A DNA stretch of 64,000 bases from Eledone cirrhosa (GCA_964016885.1 OZ024740.1:374852001-374916000); one strand, 5' to 3'. Positions 14,688-29,335 are shown, counted from the first letter of the stretch. Numbers and translations are program-made. Notes: a model not told the origin generated them from the sequence alone.

Positions 14688-14835
14688 TGCGTCGGTGGGT
14701 GGTTAGAGAGTTGGATTCTCAATTGTGAGGTTGTGATTACAATTCCCAGACCGGGCGATGTGTCATGTCCTGGATCAAGACACTGTATTTCACGTTGCTC
14801 CTTCTGCCTGTACTCGCGAGCCACAGATAGTATTA
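14688..14835 (+). mobile_element. Decayed tRNA-derived SINE, family 2
   Basis: gtggttagagagttggattctcaattgtgaggttgtg..tgtcctggatcaagacactgtatttcacgttgctcc; similar to 26415-26530. Confidence 0.6.
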
Positions 14836-16029
14836 GCAATTAGAGAAACCTATGGAAACATTCATTAAACGAATGAGGTCCGGATCTTTTCGATCAACTG
14901 TCGATATATCTATATATATATATATATATATACTTTTTTTATAGTTGAAGTATAGACTAGGCAAGGCCAGACATGCCATAACGCAAACGATTTAGAAAAG
15001 GTGACTGAGGGTTTCGATGAGTCAGACATAACCCTTATTCAAGTAATGGAGTGTTTGGAGAGGGAGATAACATTTTGGTATGACGAATTTTGCAAAGAAA
15101 AAATATTTTGTATTGCATCGCCATTCTAAAGAGCAGATCAATTATGAAGTCGGATCGATAACTACTATGGGTGAGCCTCAGCCAATTCTTTCCGAAATAC
15201 AGAATTAAAATCTAAATACATGTAAAGGAAACGAAACCAATAACAACAACAAACAACTCTCTCAACTAAAATTCCAACACTAACCTTAATCACCTTATTT
15301 TTCCTTGCTGTCATCTCTTTATCGAAAGAAATGTATCTCACACCTCATAACCCTCTCCCCCAGACACACACCAACATCTATCTTTTACTAACATACTTAA
15401 TATAGAAAATTGTTGAATTTTGACTTTATAAATTTAAAATAGTTTATTCAATTATAAGAAAAGAATTTGAAAAGCATTTGGTCAAAATAGTTCACTAGTA
15501 TTTTATTCACCAAATGTTATCTATTGAAATGAAGGCAGCAGGAGTGCACGTTTACAACCCCTTTCTATAACACTCAATAAACACCGATTCACTTTACATC
15601 TACTGAACTAATTTGGGAGTCACATACGGCACTCTCATCCAAATGACATGCCAACTCCACTCTCAATCAATCATCTTGCTTTTACTATTTACTATATTCT
15701 TTGATCTGATTGTGCATTCTATAATTCATTTAAATCTACATCAACACTCCTTCACTTCCATCCGCATTACCCCCTCTCTTCCAGACACAACTGAATCTCT
15801 TCTATATCGAGTTACAAATCACAACGCAACTTTAGATCAGTTTGACAATCGCCACCGATGAATACGAGCCCTCGCTGGCTTCGAGGCTCAAGGGCAATGT
15901 CGCCTCCTTTTGCGATTATTCGCTTATGAATCTCTTGACTCCCTCATGCTGATCATCAGTGACAACATAACGTCCCCAATACACCCACGACAGCACGAAA
16001 TTTCTCTCTTAGAGAGACAACCTCAAACT

Positions 16030-17580
16030 AATTGAGGGTGACGTTTCGTCGGCTGTTCGTGTGTTGGACTCAAACGACGCTGTGCTCTGACCATAACCGG
16101 ATATTTTGCCGGCGGTTCACCTCAAACATCCGGACCCTCCTGTCGATCAGGGACGCTCCAGCTCTGGCAGGCAATCTCTCCCCGTCAGCGTCCTGTGAGG
16201 ACGTGGTATACCCCCTAAGATCCTTTCCTGGTAGTAGCAGTGGCGGAGTAGACGGCTTGAAACCCGTCACCTCCGAGACCTCATCTCACCTCACGCGGCT
16301 GAAGCAGGGGCCAGATTGCTCCAGTCATTAAAAGCCCTCACCAACTTTCTCCTCCGCGCCAACTTTCCCAGTTATGCCCGCGATCCTTTCTTCTCAGCCA
16401 GCTTGACCATGACAGAGGCGTCCGCCCAATCATGGTGGGTAACCTCTTCCGACGACTTGCAGCCAAAAGAGCATGCTAGCCAGTCAAAGACGACCTGAGC
16501 GAGGTGCTAAGCTTTGTCCAGCTCGGAGTGGGAATCAAGTGCGGTTGTGAGGCTGCAGTTCATTCGGCCACACCCTTCGTAGAACACGCTCCTCCCGCCT
16601 CCTCGTAAAGCTGGATATGACTAATGCCTCCAACAGCGTTGGACCGGATCACGTTCTAGAGACATACGGAAGACCCAGCTCACTCAAAGTCGCCGACAAC
16701 AGGGTTACTACCACCACAGATGTAGAGCACGGGAAACCAGTCGGCTTGCTTCTATTCAGGCTGACAGTCGACGATGTAACCCGATCGTTGCCATCACCCC
16801 ACAACGTCTGGTATCTCGTGGCCCTTGGCAACCCGGCTGAGACCGTAGTTGAGGACCTTAGACAAATCATCCCAGCTTTAATGCTCCTTGTACTTGAGGT
16901 AAACCCAACCAAATCTGAGGTGACCAACTTCACTCCGGATAGTCCGAATTCCGCAACGCCGTACTCTAATTCCATCCAATCGTGGCAAGGGCTCGGCTGA
17001 CAACGAAGAACGCCACATGCATTCTCGTCTCCCCCATTCTCCCGAAAACCACAAGAGAATGCTTGGAGACCAAGCATGCGGCTCTATTGAAATTCATTTC
17101 TTGGAGAACTGTTTCAGCTTCCCCAAATTCACATTCAAGCCCTGCGGTTCAACTTTGCACCCCTATGCAGATCTTCGCGAGGAACTTGACGCCGCGGAAC
17201 TCATCAGTGATGTCAGTTTCTACAGCACAGGCTTGCAACAGGGGACACTCCCAGCGAGTCTCATTGGCCTCGTCATCCGATCAGCTTCTGGCCTAGCTTT
17301 ACCTGCCTACATCTCGTCTATCTCCTGTCACGCTCTCGTATTTGAGGTTCTCAGCCAAAAGGCCGAACTTGACCTGGCCCCAGAGATTGAACAGTCTCTG
17401 GCCTACCCGACACGAGAAGGCCTCTCTATTCCCCAGTATACTACGGTTCAACGTAAACTGGGACGACATCAATTACAGGTCTTCTGTCAGGCGGATCGAG
17501 TATGTTCTGGACCAACACCATCTGACTACCTCCGCTCCGCTTCTCAGTCCAACAACGGTCCGGGGCTCTATTCGGTGCCC
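16030..17580 (+). mobile_element. CRE-clade-like non-LTR retrotransposon RT fragment (pseudogene)
   Basis: GC-richer block; across frames PGSSSGGVDGLKP, PFFSASLT, VRPIMVGNLFRRLAAK, QLGVGIKCGCEAAVH, KLDMTNASNSV, QG-like then VGLLLFRL, NVWYL (decayed WYLDD). Confidence 0.75.
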
Positions 17581-17926
17581 TCATCTTATTGTACATATAG
17601 ATGTATGTGCAAACAATACGACACCCAAATTCGAAATGCTCCCACTTTATCATTGCAATGACAATACAACAGACCAAATGCGAATAAATAAGGAAAATAT
17701 GTTTATTAAAAAATATAGATCAGCATTAAATGCAGTTTAATATACGTTAATATGTTAACACCATAGCATGCTAAACATAGAACACACATACGCCGCCACC
17801 ACTATCGACACAAACATTCAATTTATTTCAATAGAAAGTCTGAATGTTGACATCTCAGCACGACATCAGCCATACTCACTGAACCAGAACTACCCCCCCC
17901 CCCATCCTATTTCTTGACCGTTATCT

Positions 17927-18306
17927 TTCGTTTGGCATAAATCGTTCTATGACATCCTTTTCTGGTACCTATATTATATGACCAATCAAGTGACTGTGAA
18001 AATGGCAATACAGAACCATTAAACACGAACTGGCGCGAAATTTGATGTACTTATTCGTGTGACAGTCATCAACCGACCAAATTAAACCTATAAGAAAAAA
18101 AATGTTAGCTACATTTTAAAGGCAAATGCCATTTCCTGACAATTATCTTTTGTTTTGCATAAACCTTTCTATGGCATCCTTTTCTGGTATCTATATTATA
18201 TGGCCAATCAAGTGACTGTGAAAATGGTAATACAGAACCCTTAAACACGAACTGGCGTGACATGTGTTGTGCTTATTCACGTGACAGTCATCAACCAACA
18301 AAATTA
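17927..18306. repeat. Imperfect direct duplication, ~160-bp core, 222-bp offset
   Basis: ttctatg(a/g)catccttttctggt..ccaatcaagtgactgtgaaaatgg..acacgaactggcg..gtgacagtcatcaacc at 17945 and 18167. Confidence 0.9.
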
Positions 18307-18567
18307 TTATTAAAAAAAGAAAAAGAACAGCAATCCGAGTCACTCTTTCCACATAAAAAAAGAACTTCCGAACACGAATCAGATGCGAGACAAACCACAA
18401 ACCCTCCATTTCAATTCTTCTTCTGAAAAACATAAGAACTGTAAAACCGGTAAAGGAAATAAATAAATATTCCTAAAAAGACTCCAGTTGTAATTTCGAT
18501 TTCTTTCCTTATAATTTCACTCGTGTAAGACATCTCGTTTCATTTTATGAAAACCCTCATTTTCTTA

Positions 18568-18625
<58 letters not shown>

Positions 18626-18659
18626 CATGTATGTGTGTGTGTTCGCGCGTGTGTGTGTG

Positions 18660-18772
<113 letters not shown>

Positions 18773-21700
18773 ATATACATGTGTGAATCTCCAGAGTAAC
18801 ATGACTTATAATTTAACAAAGTAGAGAGTATTAGAAAATCCCCAGTCTGACGAACACAAACGTGCGTTTTCCCCCCTACCTTATTTTCCGCTTCTTATTT
18901 TTTTCACCTCCTTTATATTTCTCTTCTTTTATTTCTCATTCATCTGCTACTGAAGGGATTTCTTCCAAAAGGTTTAATGTTTTCCTATATATCAAGGCAC
19001 ACATAAAGGTATATCAATACATACATGTATAAAGACAGGCATATATATCTCTATCCATACTTATATACGATCAGACATTTGAGAGTTCATTCCATATTAT
19101 ACAACAATAATGATTATTATGTATAAATATACTTCAACTTTCAATTTAGTCCTAAATATTCACCATTTCTGAAAATGATTCTTCCAGTTATTTGAATAAC
19201 AGAACAGTAAGCTCGTGAAATTAACGTGTAAGTGGCTGAGCATTCCACAGTGGGATACCCCTTTGATGACATTCAGCGTAGCACAGTGCGTTACATATCT
19301 TGCCTTTTTTATTACTGCCTCATATTGAGCCGAAATCTCTTACCATTATCCACACGCCTTCAATTTCGTATAGCAGTTAATGAATATCAATCATGTAATG
19401 CTCACAATCTTTCATGAAATAGCAAATCAAGTCGGAACCCGAGTAATCTTTTATAAATATGATTTCATCAAATCATCAAATGAATCTGTAGATGTCAGCA
19501 AATGTATATCAAGCAAATATGTAATACATCCGCCGAAATTTGATACCTTATCAATATTTGGTTTGTATATGGTTGCATTTGTTCGTATAAACATTCCATT
19601 CCAAGGTGCATATTGTTCATAAAGCACTCGCTATATTCTACACCCATACATTTCCAATATATGATTGATACAAATGACATTAGGAAGTTATCGTTCAAGT
19701 GGCTTATTTTAATAACATATTCTTGACAAATTATTTCTCAGAAATTTTCTGTCCATTTGGAATTGATATCCTTTTAGTATATTTAGTATGTTACAGCAAA
19801 CTACTGACTGCCTTCTGCAAACTATCTATATTCGTATATGACACGGAAATGCATGACAAGAAGCCTACAGTATATATAATATTATAGTGTCTATATTTTA
19901 TAGGAGAACCTAAGAATTGATTTATGATACACATTTTCTATCTCTTTAAATTAAACATTGAAATATGGCAACACTTTTGTATTATAGTTTTGTGTACATC
20001 TTACAAGCAGCAAGGCATAACCGAAGCGAGAAATTGCCAGTGAAGTATTTTTTTTTTTATTTAGCGTAACAACATACACGATTGATCGTTCAGCCGAACT
20101 GCAACTCTGTTTAAGGCGTCATTGTCTGGTTTATAAAAACACAGTATTTTTATCACCAGAATTAGTTTATAATGTTGGTCTCGATATGTGCGTCGCATAT
20201 TTATGTAGTTCTTCTAATAAATGTCTATCTTATTCATTAATATATTCTTCAGTACCTCCGTTATTCCATGATGTATGACGTCACCACAAAATGAATATAT
20301 ATTATATCATTCGTAATTACTAGTATTTAAATTTAATCGAGTATGCGCAAATTATATTGAAGATAACTTAATAACTTAACACGAAAATGATATACAGTTA
20401 AGTATTACATTTTTCCACTCCTCCGAACATGATTTACCACTAAAACATTGCCCGCTTCTTTGACATCACTGCTTTCATATCTATAGTCTGTCAGAGGATT
20501 TTAGCTTATTGGAACAAACCATACTTTTCAGTTATCTGTTCTAAATATCACCATTGATAGGGAATGTTCAAATAAACAGCACGGTAAATACTCTCTGTAT
20601 TTCCTTTCAAGTAGACAAAGTCTCGATGATAATATTCGATTAACGTTTTACGTTTGGATACGCCTTTGATTGCTCCCGAAAGCAAGGGCACTTAGAAAAT
20701 ATTCTCGTTCTTGTTATAGGCAATTTTTTTCACTTCAATTCGGTTTGTGTACCAACCCGTTTCATACTAACTTACTTGAGATCACCCTTGTCTCTATGGA
20801 CCATTGTTGTCTCTTTTAAATGGTTTATGTACAATAAGCATTTTATCATAATTCTATAAAAGAAACTTCTATTGAGCTGAGTTGAACTATCAGCTTAATA
20901 ATATAGAAATTAGTTTCTTTATAAAAATCATCCCTATTCTTAATTAATGTCGACACTAATTAAAACAAGCATTTAAAAAAATATGGGTTATATATAATAT
21001 TTCATTAGAAATATGATAATGATGGGTTTAATGAAATTATGCAATCTCCATAAAACATATTTGACAGGAAATTTCATGAGTACTATTTAAATTCTAAAAC
21101 ATTCCCACTCAGTAGTTTTATGTATAAAAATATCTAGGTCTTGATTTCGACATTGTTCATGCATATCAGCAATTATCTCTATCAATTTAAATGAAATAAA
21201 AAAAAAAAAGGGGTTTATCAAATTTAGCATTGGATTATGTTGAAGTATAATAATCCTTATATACATGCGGATGAGAACGATCATCAACGATGACCTAGAC
21301 TTCTATATTAAATAAAGAAAATGTGCGGATAATCAGATCAAAGCAAGGAATATTTGTTTCCATTGATCTTTTCATTGATTATATTAACTACATAACGGTC
21401 GCAGATCGTCATAGATGTGTCAAGGCTTTTCCGCTAACATGCGATTGGATCCAGAATAGACAGAGCAAAAACGTTTCACCAGACTCTTTAACAGTTCAAC
21501 GAATCCATTGCATTTGTTTTTTTATTTATCGATCCCGAAAGGCCTATGGAGACCTATCCGAGGTTCTAAAAACAGGATATATTGTTCAATAATATTAGAA
21601 ATTTGCATCATGACTTTGTGCAAATAAAATATATTTAAATGGAATGCAATGTACTATACAGAATAGTTTAAATTATATTGAACTTTATACTCTAACTCTT

Positions 21701-24258
21701 AGTAGAAATAATTCGTGAAATATATATGTTTAATGCTGATTGGATGATTAAGTCCAAAGCACGGTCATGTTATCCACTTGTGAAATTGTACACTCTATTC
21801 ACATAACTATGAATCGAACATTTTATATCAAAGAGCTTTTCTCTTGATCTATACGAAATAAGGGTAATATATTTATCTCACGTATTAGTTCCATCGATAC
21901 AGTCAATTGTCTAACATTTCAAATCTGTTTATTATCGCTGGAATACCTTGCTGGTCATTTCAAAAATGTTCTATTAAATACCGACAGTTTAAGCGAATCA
22001 CGTGTCATGAAGTTTTCCGTTCAGAATGAATTAAATTGTTGCAGTGTATTTCGACTCACGACCTATGAAGGGGTATTTAAGCGCCTACCCATTCGTTTCG
22101 CTACCACATTCATCAAGTAACAGATTATTATGTTTCGTACTTTATACATACCCAAACAAACACATTAGGTAATTGTTACTTCTTTCTTCTTAAATCAATA
22201 AGTGCTTTGACTTTTATGCATGAAATTCAAAATAATACTTAACTATTCAGTAACTATTGTATTGCTTCTTCCTTCTCTATTGAAGTAAAACATATTTCCT
22301 ACCACCCTTTTGTAAGATGTTTCAATCTTGTTACTAGAACATCTTTTTCAACAGAACATTTCTCTCTGGTTTAATTATCGTACGCCGTACAAATAATAGG
22401 CGACAAATCAAGCATAAAAGTTTACAAACCTTAACGATGAAAGGCACATCCACTGTTAAGTCATTTAAGCAAGGCTTTATGTTATGCAAATGTACTTCAT
22501 GTCATGTTATATTAGAACAGTGCAGTCGTTGCGTACTTTGAACATTCTGGTTAATGTTATATTAAAACAACTTGGCAGACGATGAAGAGAAGTGAGATTT
22601 TGTGACAATAGCCAATTTCCGAAAGACATTAGTAGCAGAAATAAGATCAGCCGAATATTAGCCCCATATCTATGCTGTCGCAGTTTCGATTTCTACTATG
22701 CATATTTCAACATTCAATCTGAAGGGTGGTTTCATCTTAATGAGCAAAGCAAATAGCTTAGGATATTATACTGAACATTATATCATTCTGATACTAATTG
22801 TGTCGTTATATTATATAATGTAAATTAAAGTAACAGTCACTCAGAATAGAATTAACTGTGTGGAAGCATCAAAGATTGCATTAATTCATACTAGACTTAA
22901 ATCTGTGAGATAGTGGAACATAGAACTGGCAAGTAAATTTAGATGCTGTGCGACACCGATTTGCTATTTCATGTTACTGAATCTTTGGAAAGGTACTACT
23001 ATACAATGTGTTGTAAATTTAGATAGTTAAGGTTTCTAAGGCATTAATTATCAAATTCCCTGCTTAATATCAATCGAGAAATTATTACCTACAAGCATAC
23101 TAATTCCATGCTCCCTCATAATAGAGGCAATTAACGAGTCATGTCTGTATGAATGTCGATATGTACGTGATATACAGTGTGCTATATTTGTATATGTAAG
23201 TTGCTAGCTTAGTCACAAACCGTGTTCGGTTGGAAAAATATTGGCGAAATATGCTAAGCGTGTGGTCAGGCCATATATATTTAAGGTAAAGGAATGAAAT
23301 CTAAATTCTGCTCGATATACCTTGCTATAGATAACACATCATGAGTGTTACCTATAGCAAGGTGATATTCTAACTGCATATTTGATACGAAGATTTACTG
23401 GAGAGAGGGCTAAGTGACGATAGTCGTATCACTTTCTAATAAATGTTTGTTGCTTGGGAGAAATTGGGTAATGCACATACATATTGTAGGAACAAAATGA
23501 AATTCTGAAATATCTAAGCGATTAAAGTGAAGATAGTATGAATAAGATGAAAGCACGGGCTTTAGTAGTGAGGGACATCAGCTTACAATCATAAATGCAT
23601 GAGTTTCTATACCCGGAGCTGCTTTGTGTCGTGTGCAAGGCATTTTATTTCATATTGTTCCAGTCTAGGCCGACAATCTTGTCACAACCTCTTTCAAGCT
23701 GCTTCATCATTAGAATTTCGCTAAAGGCCAACGTGTTTGACGAAAGCTTAGCTACATGTAAGTCAATTTTATCATCACCCTGCTTCGTTGGTCAAACATG
23801 TGTAACAATCATCGTCGAAAGCGACGAGGGTCCAAAAACGTGTGCATAGGAATGCAGATTTAAGTGTAAATAAGCTGTAATGAGAAAAGAGAATTGTCAT
23901 ATAGATCAATTGGATTATATTTATTGATTGTTTTCCTAACTATTCAGGGTTTGGAATTGAGAGTAATATATTTGAAAGAGGGGGAAGGCTTGATAACATT
24001 TTGAGATCGCTACATATTGACATGTGTGACTACCACATAGCAAGATAAATATTGCTCTAGCGTGTATTGACCCAAGATATTGAGCGCCTTTTTCAAAGGT
24101 AAAACAATAGCCTGGTTCTTGTCACAAATCATGTCTAATTGAACCGTCTAATTGAACCGTCATAATATAAAAGACAAGTCATTAAAATGCCTATATGACT
24201 ACAGTATTATATGAACTTTTTCTGTAGGGTTTGTTTCGAGGTAGATTTTGCTGAAAAA

Positions 24259-24480
24259 GGGCGGTGGATTTGCAGTATCGGTAGAGTTTCGAACAACATG
24301 CATTGTTGTGGCATAGAGTTAGGGCCCTTTATTATCTGAGTTCAAAAAATCGAGGTTAACTTTGCCTTTCATCCTTACGGGGTCGATAAAATAAGGTACC
24401 AGTCACGCACTAGGGTCGATTTAATCGACTTACTCTCCTCGAAAATTTCTGGTCGTGTGCCTATAGTAGAAACCATTATT
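24259..24480 (+). mobile_element. SINE family 1, full length
   Basis: gggcggtggatttgcagtatcggtagag..gagttc..gaggttaactttgcctttcatccttacggggtcgataaaataaggtaccagt..gtagaaaccattatt. Confidence 0.9.
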
Positions 24481-25076
24481 TCGAAGCTGAATAAAACTTA
24501 GCAACAGTGTGCATAGAGATCTGCGTCTTAATCAATAACGTGTAAGATTCGGGAGGGAGTGCATACTTGATTGTATAAATATGGAAAGAGAAATACGACG
24601 AAAAATTAAGTCCTTTTCTAAAGGAGATTAATGTTTGCAAAATAATCTTGGGTTAGTTGTTGTATATATAGATTTAGATATTTAGAAGAGCCCGTCTTGA
24701 CAGGAATACAGTACAATTGACTGCAGTACAAAATGCTGCTTATATAAATGGAGCATGGTTCGTGAAGGATGAACATTTGATGTAAGTAGGGGACTCCTGC
24801 ATGTGTGATACCTTTGACAGATTCTAGGGTGAATTATATTTCAATGGGAATCTTTTGTTATAGAAACAGTAGATACTACTATATACAATAGTACATTCCG
24901 TCAAAATCCCGAGAAACTGTCACAAAAATCATTTAATGAAATTCCTTTAACATCTCATATATCATACAAACAATATTTAGAGAAATGATATTTAAAAGAA
25001 AATACAATTTAGTTTCATTTGAACCTTCACTATCCATCTCCACTAAACTCCAAATTAAATGAAATAAAACTCTCAC

Positions 25077-25151
25077 CTTTGCCCGGTGCTTTTGCAATTC
25101 TAGCAATGATTTAAATCTGAAAAGGCTGGTTCTATTCGTTTTAGTCATTAT
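25077..25151 (-). CDS. Candidate 75-nt internal exon (phase 0-0) of a host gene
   Basis: Acceptor cttatttcag| and donor AAG|gtgaga; only frame 0 is open: IMTKTNRTSLFRFKSLLELQKHRAK; phase-compatible with the 11073-11384 exon. Confidence 0.4.
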
Positions 25152-26414
25152 CTGAAATAAGATTACCAGCAATTTTGACAGTGGTATATATGTAATTTTA
25201 CGGCCATAAAAAATCCGTTTGCACTAATATGAAATGATAACAATTGGTAAAATTATATGATGTCATAAACGAAATAGGAATTCAATATTTACGTCAAATT
25301 CATTTATGAATGCAGAGAACATCCAGTTGTGAAAAGTGACGTCCAAAGAGAGAGTTCATGTTGTTATTTGTAATGGATATAGATTACCAATCTCTATACA
25401 CGTAGCTAATAATATTTTGGAAACATTTCAATATTTCGTAAGTTACCCAAATAAAGCCAGACTAACCGTGCTTAGATTATTTCAAATGCAACTTGTTTAT
25501 TTGATATAATTTGCAATATGAAGTGTGACAGGTGATTTACTCAACATATATTTGGATTATTGCAATTCAAACACACATACAGACATACATAGAACATTCG
25601 CCTATGTGTACACTTACATCCAGACATATGCCCTCATACACATACTACTACATATATATATGTGTGTGTGTGTGTTACATGGTGAGACAGAGAGAAGTTA
25701 CATTTGTATAATACAGAATAGTGTTAACCGTGACGGCGGAAACGTTTCTACAAATGTACACGTTGTTTAGCAAATCATATTGTACAGAAGCAAATTATGC
25801 GTATCTCCCTACGCTTAAAGAATGTATAATTGTTTCATCACATAGTGTGCATATCATCCCAACAAGCACACATACATACTTACATACACACGCTCACACA
25901 CATGAATATATGTATGTATACACACACACATTGAATGCCTACAAATATACATACATGCATAGAAACATATATTTATACGTATGTATATATGTATGAATAT
26001 ATGTCTGCATATAACTATGTATTTATCAATGTATATTTTGTGATGGCTAATCTTATATGTACTTGGAAAGAGCTCAAACTATATCGGATGATGAAACGTG
26101 TTACAATCATGGAATAAGATATCCATATGAAAGATTATGGTCAGCACAATTCTGTACATGCAATAAATTAACAGTCACCAATGTGTTTGCTGAAATAGCA
26201 CTCATACAAACACAGCCTAATCGATTGGATGCTAAATGATATGTAGGCTATCGGTGTTAAAACACGTATTTGCAATCTATCGTAAAATTATATTAGTTAA
26301 TACGGCATGTATGGAATGTGCTATATAAAACCAATGAATTAGTTGATACAATGTTCACACACGCACGCATACACTCACATTACACACATACACACATGGT
26401 TGTCTGTAGGTTAA

Positions 26415-26762
26415 GGCTCGTGGCGTAGTGGTTAGAGAATTGGTTTCAGTTGTGTGGCTCTGAGTTCGATTACCGGGCCGTGTGATGTGCTGAGTTAGGG
26501 TTTAGGAAGACACTTAATTTCACGTTAGTCAAGTTCAATCGGCTGCAGAAATGCGCTGCGCTTGACTAGGGCCATGTTATATCTGTCTTTGCCATTCTCT
26601 TTCACAATATCTGCGGCGTAGAGTGAGTAGACTAGTATGGCTTGGTGACAGCCGGTTTTCTACAAAAAGAAAACCAACTAGCCCAGGCATGTGCCTCATA
26701 TGCCAAATGATTAGGTGCAAAACCCATGGTCATTTGTGAATAAAATGGGCCTTTATTCTTTA
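26415..26762 (+). mobile_element. tRNA-derived SINE, family 2
   Basis: A-box tggcgtagtgg, B-box gagttcgattacc, aagacacttaatttcacgtt; tail ggtgcaaaacccatggtcattt..ctttattcttta. Confidence 0.75.
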
Positions 26763-26864
26763 TCTATATCAATATATATAATATAAAAGAAAGATATGTA
26801 TTGGTTGGTTGGTTTGTTGATTGGCTTGTTGGTTGAAACACACGAAAACTACACACACACGCAC

Positions 26865-26908
<44 letters not shown>

Positions 26909-27485
26909 ACACACAGACACACATCTAAAGAGAGAGAGGCACAGAGGGAGAGGTAGAAAGCGGGAGATGCATTTAAAGTGTTAGGCATTCACAGAGAGAG
27001 AGAGAGAGAGTAACAGAAGTCTAGAAATAGTTTTAAATATTGATCCTTTGATCTATAGGAAGTTTTAACTATATTGCGATAGCTTTTATAAAATCGTTCT
27101 AGAATATTTGATTTTACAGAACAAAGACAAATTGATACTATTTGAAATTAATCTACCCTCCAGCTTTTGTCTATATACTACTTACAGACCGTACTAACGA
27201 ACCAACACTTCAGAAGCAATGTTATATGGTACATTGCTTAGTTTCAGATGACGTCATTTCGAGATGAAAAATATGATACTGACTATGGTTATTTCACATT
27301 TAAAATTCAAGGCCAATGTTACCATCTATTCGACAGTTTAAAACCAAGGCTAATATGGACGTTTTATGATTGTTTTTTTTATGTCTCTCTCACACACACT
27401 CACACAAATAAATTACTGTCTCACCTCATACCAGACAACACATCCAATACAGACGTTTTGTCTGTTCTCACGGGCACCTCAGCTA

Positions 27486-27486
<1 letters not shown>
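26763..27486 (+). mobile_element. Non-autonomous Helitron carrying a Rep remnant
   Basis: 5' TCtatatc.. with a (ggtt)n tract; remnant FQMTSF..FTFKIQGQCYHLFDSL at 27242-27340 homologous to 2418-2520; 3' cacgggcacctcagCTAG|t. Confidence 0.7.
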
Positions 27487-27576
<90 letters not shown>

Positions 27577-27578
27577 TA

Positions 27579-27610
<32 letters not shown>

Positions 27611-27631
27611 GTGTATATATATATATATATA

Positions 27632-27670
<39 letters not shown>

Positions 27671-28331
27671 TAAAAGGAAAAGAAAATGCTGACAAATTGT
27701 TCCCAGTGAAATATATTTTAATTAGAGAATAACTAAAAATTAGTAATAAGTATTGGTTAGTATTAAGTTTTGGTTTTAAGTTTTTACCGGTGTTGCGCAT
27801 TTCTAATGCTTTTCAAAAATAATTTTGACATAGAGCGCCCGTGATATTTGCTCTAATCTGATTAGTTTGGGAAATTCTACCTTTTTTATGTGAACAAAGT
27901 GGCTCCAGATGTATTAAAATAAGTTTCGCGCCAATTCGTGTTGTAAAAATGATTGTGGTCGAAACAATTGTGATTGGTCGGTAGAGGTCATGTGAATGTT
28001 AAAAATTGATTTTGCGCCAAATGTAGGTTTGTCTCGGCTGATTGAGAAGTCACGGAAAAATAAGTCTTTTAAGACAAATATGTGTGTGTGCGTGTGTGTA
28101 GTATTAGTAAAGTGGTTCATCGTTGTGATAATGGTCAGTAGGGATGTGTGTGTGAATTGCAGTTTGTTGACAGGTCAACAGTTCAGGTGCCTATTAAGAC
28201 AAGTGTGTGTGTGTGTGTGTGTGGCAGAGTAATTCGTGGTAGAGGGATCGGTCAGTAGGAATGTGTCTGTACGTGTGTGGGGATATTTTAACATGTTAAA
28301 ATATATTTTTCAGCTCTTGTCTTATACGGAG

Positions 28332-28381
<50 letters not shown>

Positions 28382-28652
28382 CTCTTTGTATGTTAGTGTA
28401 CGTGTGTGTATGTGTGTGTGTATATGCGTGTGTGTGTATGTGTATGTATGTGTGTGGGTGTGGGGGTGGACCAGTATGTTTGTGATACTGGTTAAAATGG
28501 TGTACGTTATTCGATATTTTCAGTAAAAACGATTCTCTCAATAGAACATCAAACACCTTAATAATAAAAGGTATGAACTGATATATATAGTATTGTCATA
28601 ACACCAAGGTGTGTGTGAGTGTCCAGATTATACATACTGCAAGGGGAATCGA

Positions 28653-28738
<86 letters not shown>

Positions 28739-28861
28739 TTGGAGCTCTGAAATAGCAATATATATATGGATGTATATATAATGTATTTTGCAATACATTA
28801 TATTGCTCTGTATAATCAGTTCCTGATTATTTACTAGAATTCTATAAGAATATAACATCAG

Positions 28862-28958
28862 TGATCTCGGTAGACAGGAGGGAGTAGTTAGCCTTGATAA
28901 GCTTCAACAAAAGCGAAACAAGGCCTTGTCGGCTTACCTCCCCTGTTTGCTGAGATCA
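28862..28958 (+). ncRNA. Type-I hammerhead ribozyme with U3-A8 core variant (family B)
   Basis: agcc-TTGATAA-gctt/aagc-GAAA, palindromic stem III acaaggccttgt, GTC cleavage triplet (cut after 28930), ggct; stem I extends as tgatctcggtagacagg/cctgtttgctgagatca. Confidence 0.8.
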
Positions 28959-29058
28959 AAGTAAGTGAATTTATCACTACTTTAAAACAATAGTTTACTG
29001 TCTTCAAAATGCTTTTAATTAAGCAAAACGTGTATTGCAAAATATATTATATATACAT

Positions 29059-29100
<42 letters not shown>

Positions 29101-29163
29101 ATGTATATATAATGTATTTTGCAATATATATATGTATGTGTGTGTTTGTCTGTGTGTATATAT

Positions 29164-29256
<93 letters not shown>

Positions 29257-29335
29257 TACACACAGACACACACACACACATATATATATATTCATTGAAA
29301 ATAGTGAAAAATTACACTCTAACCTCATGTGTGTA

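Noticed and set aside
15000-15045. Minus-strand ttgaataagggt..tcgaaaccctcagtcacc, hammerhead-like
   Set aside because: Core and stems are too degenerate to call
18843-18870. CTGACGA followed by a short hairpin
   Set aside because: No GAAA or stem III follows
20400-21180. Short open stretches on the minus strand (e.g. EIIADMHEQCRNQDLDIF) as additional exons
   Set aside because: No convincing acceptor/donor pair with an open frame
24259-24350. tRNA-like A/B boxes at SINE heads
   Set aside because: No complete cloverleaf or acceptor stem; they continue into SINE bodies
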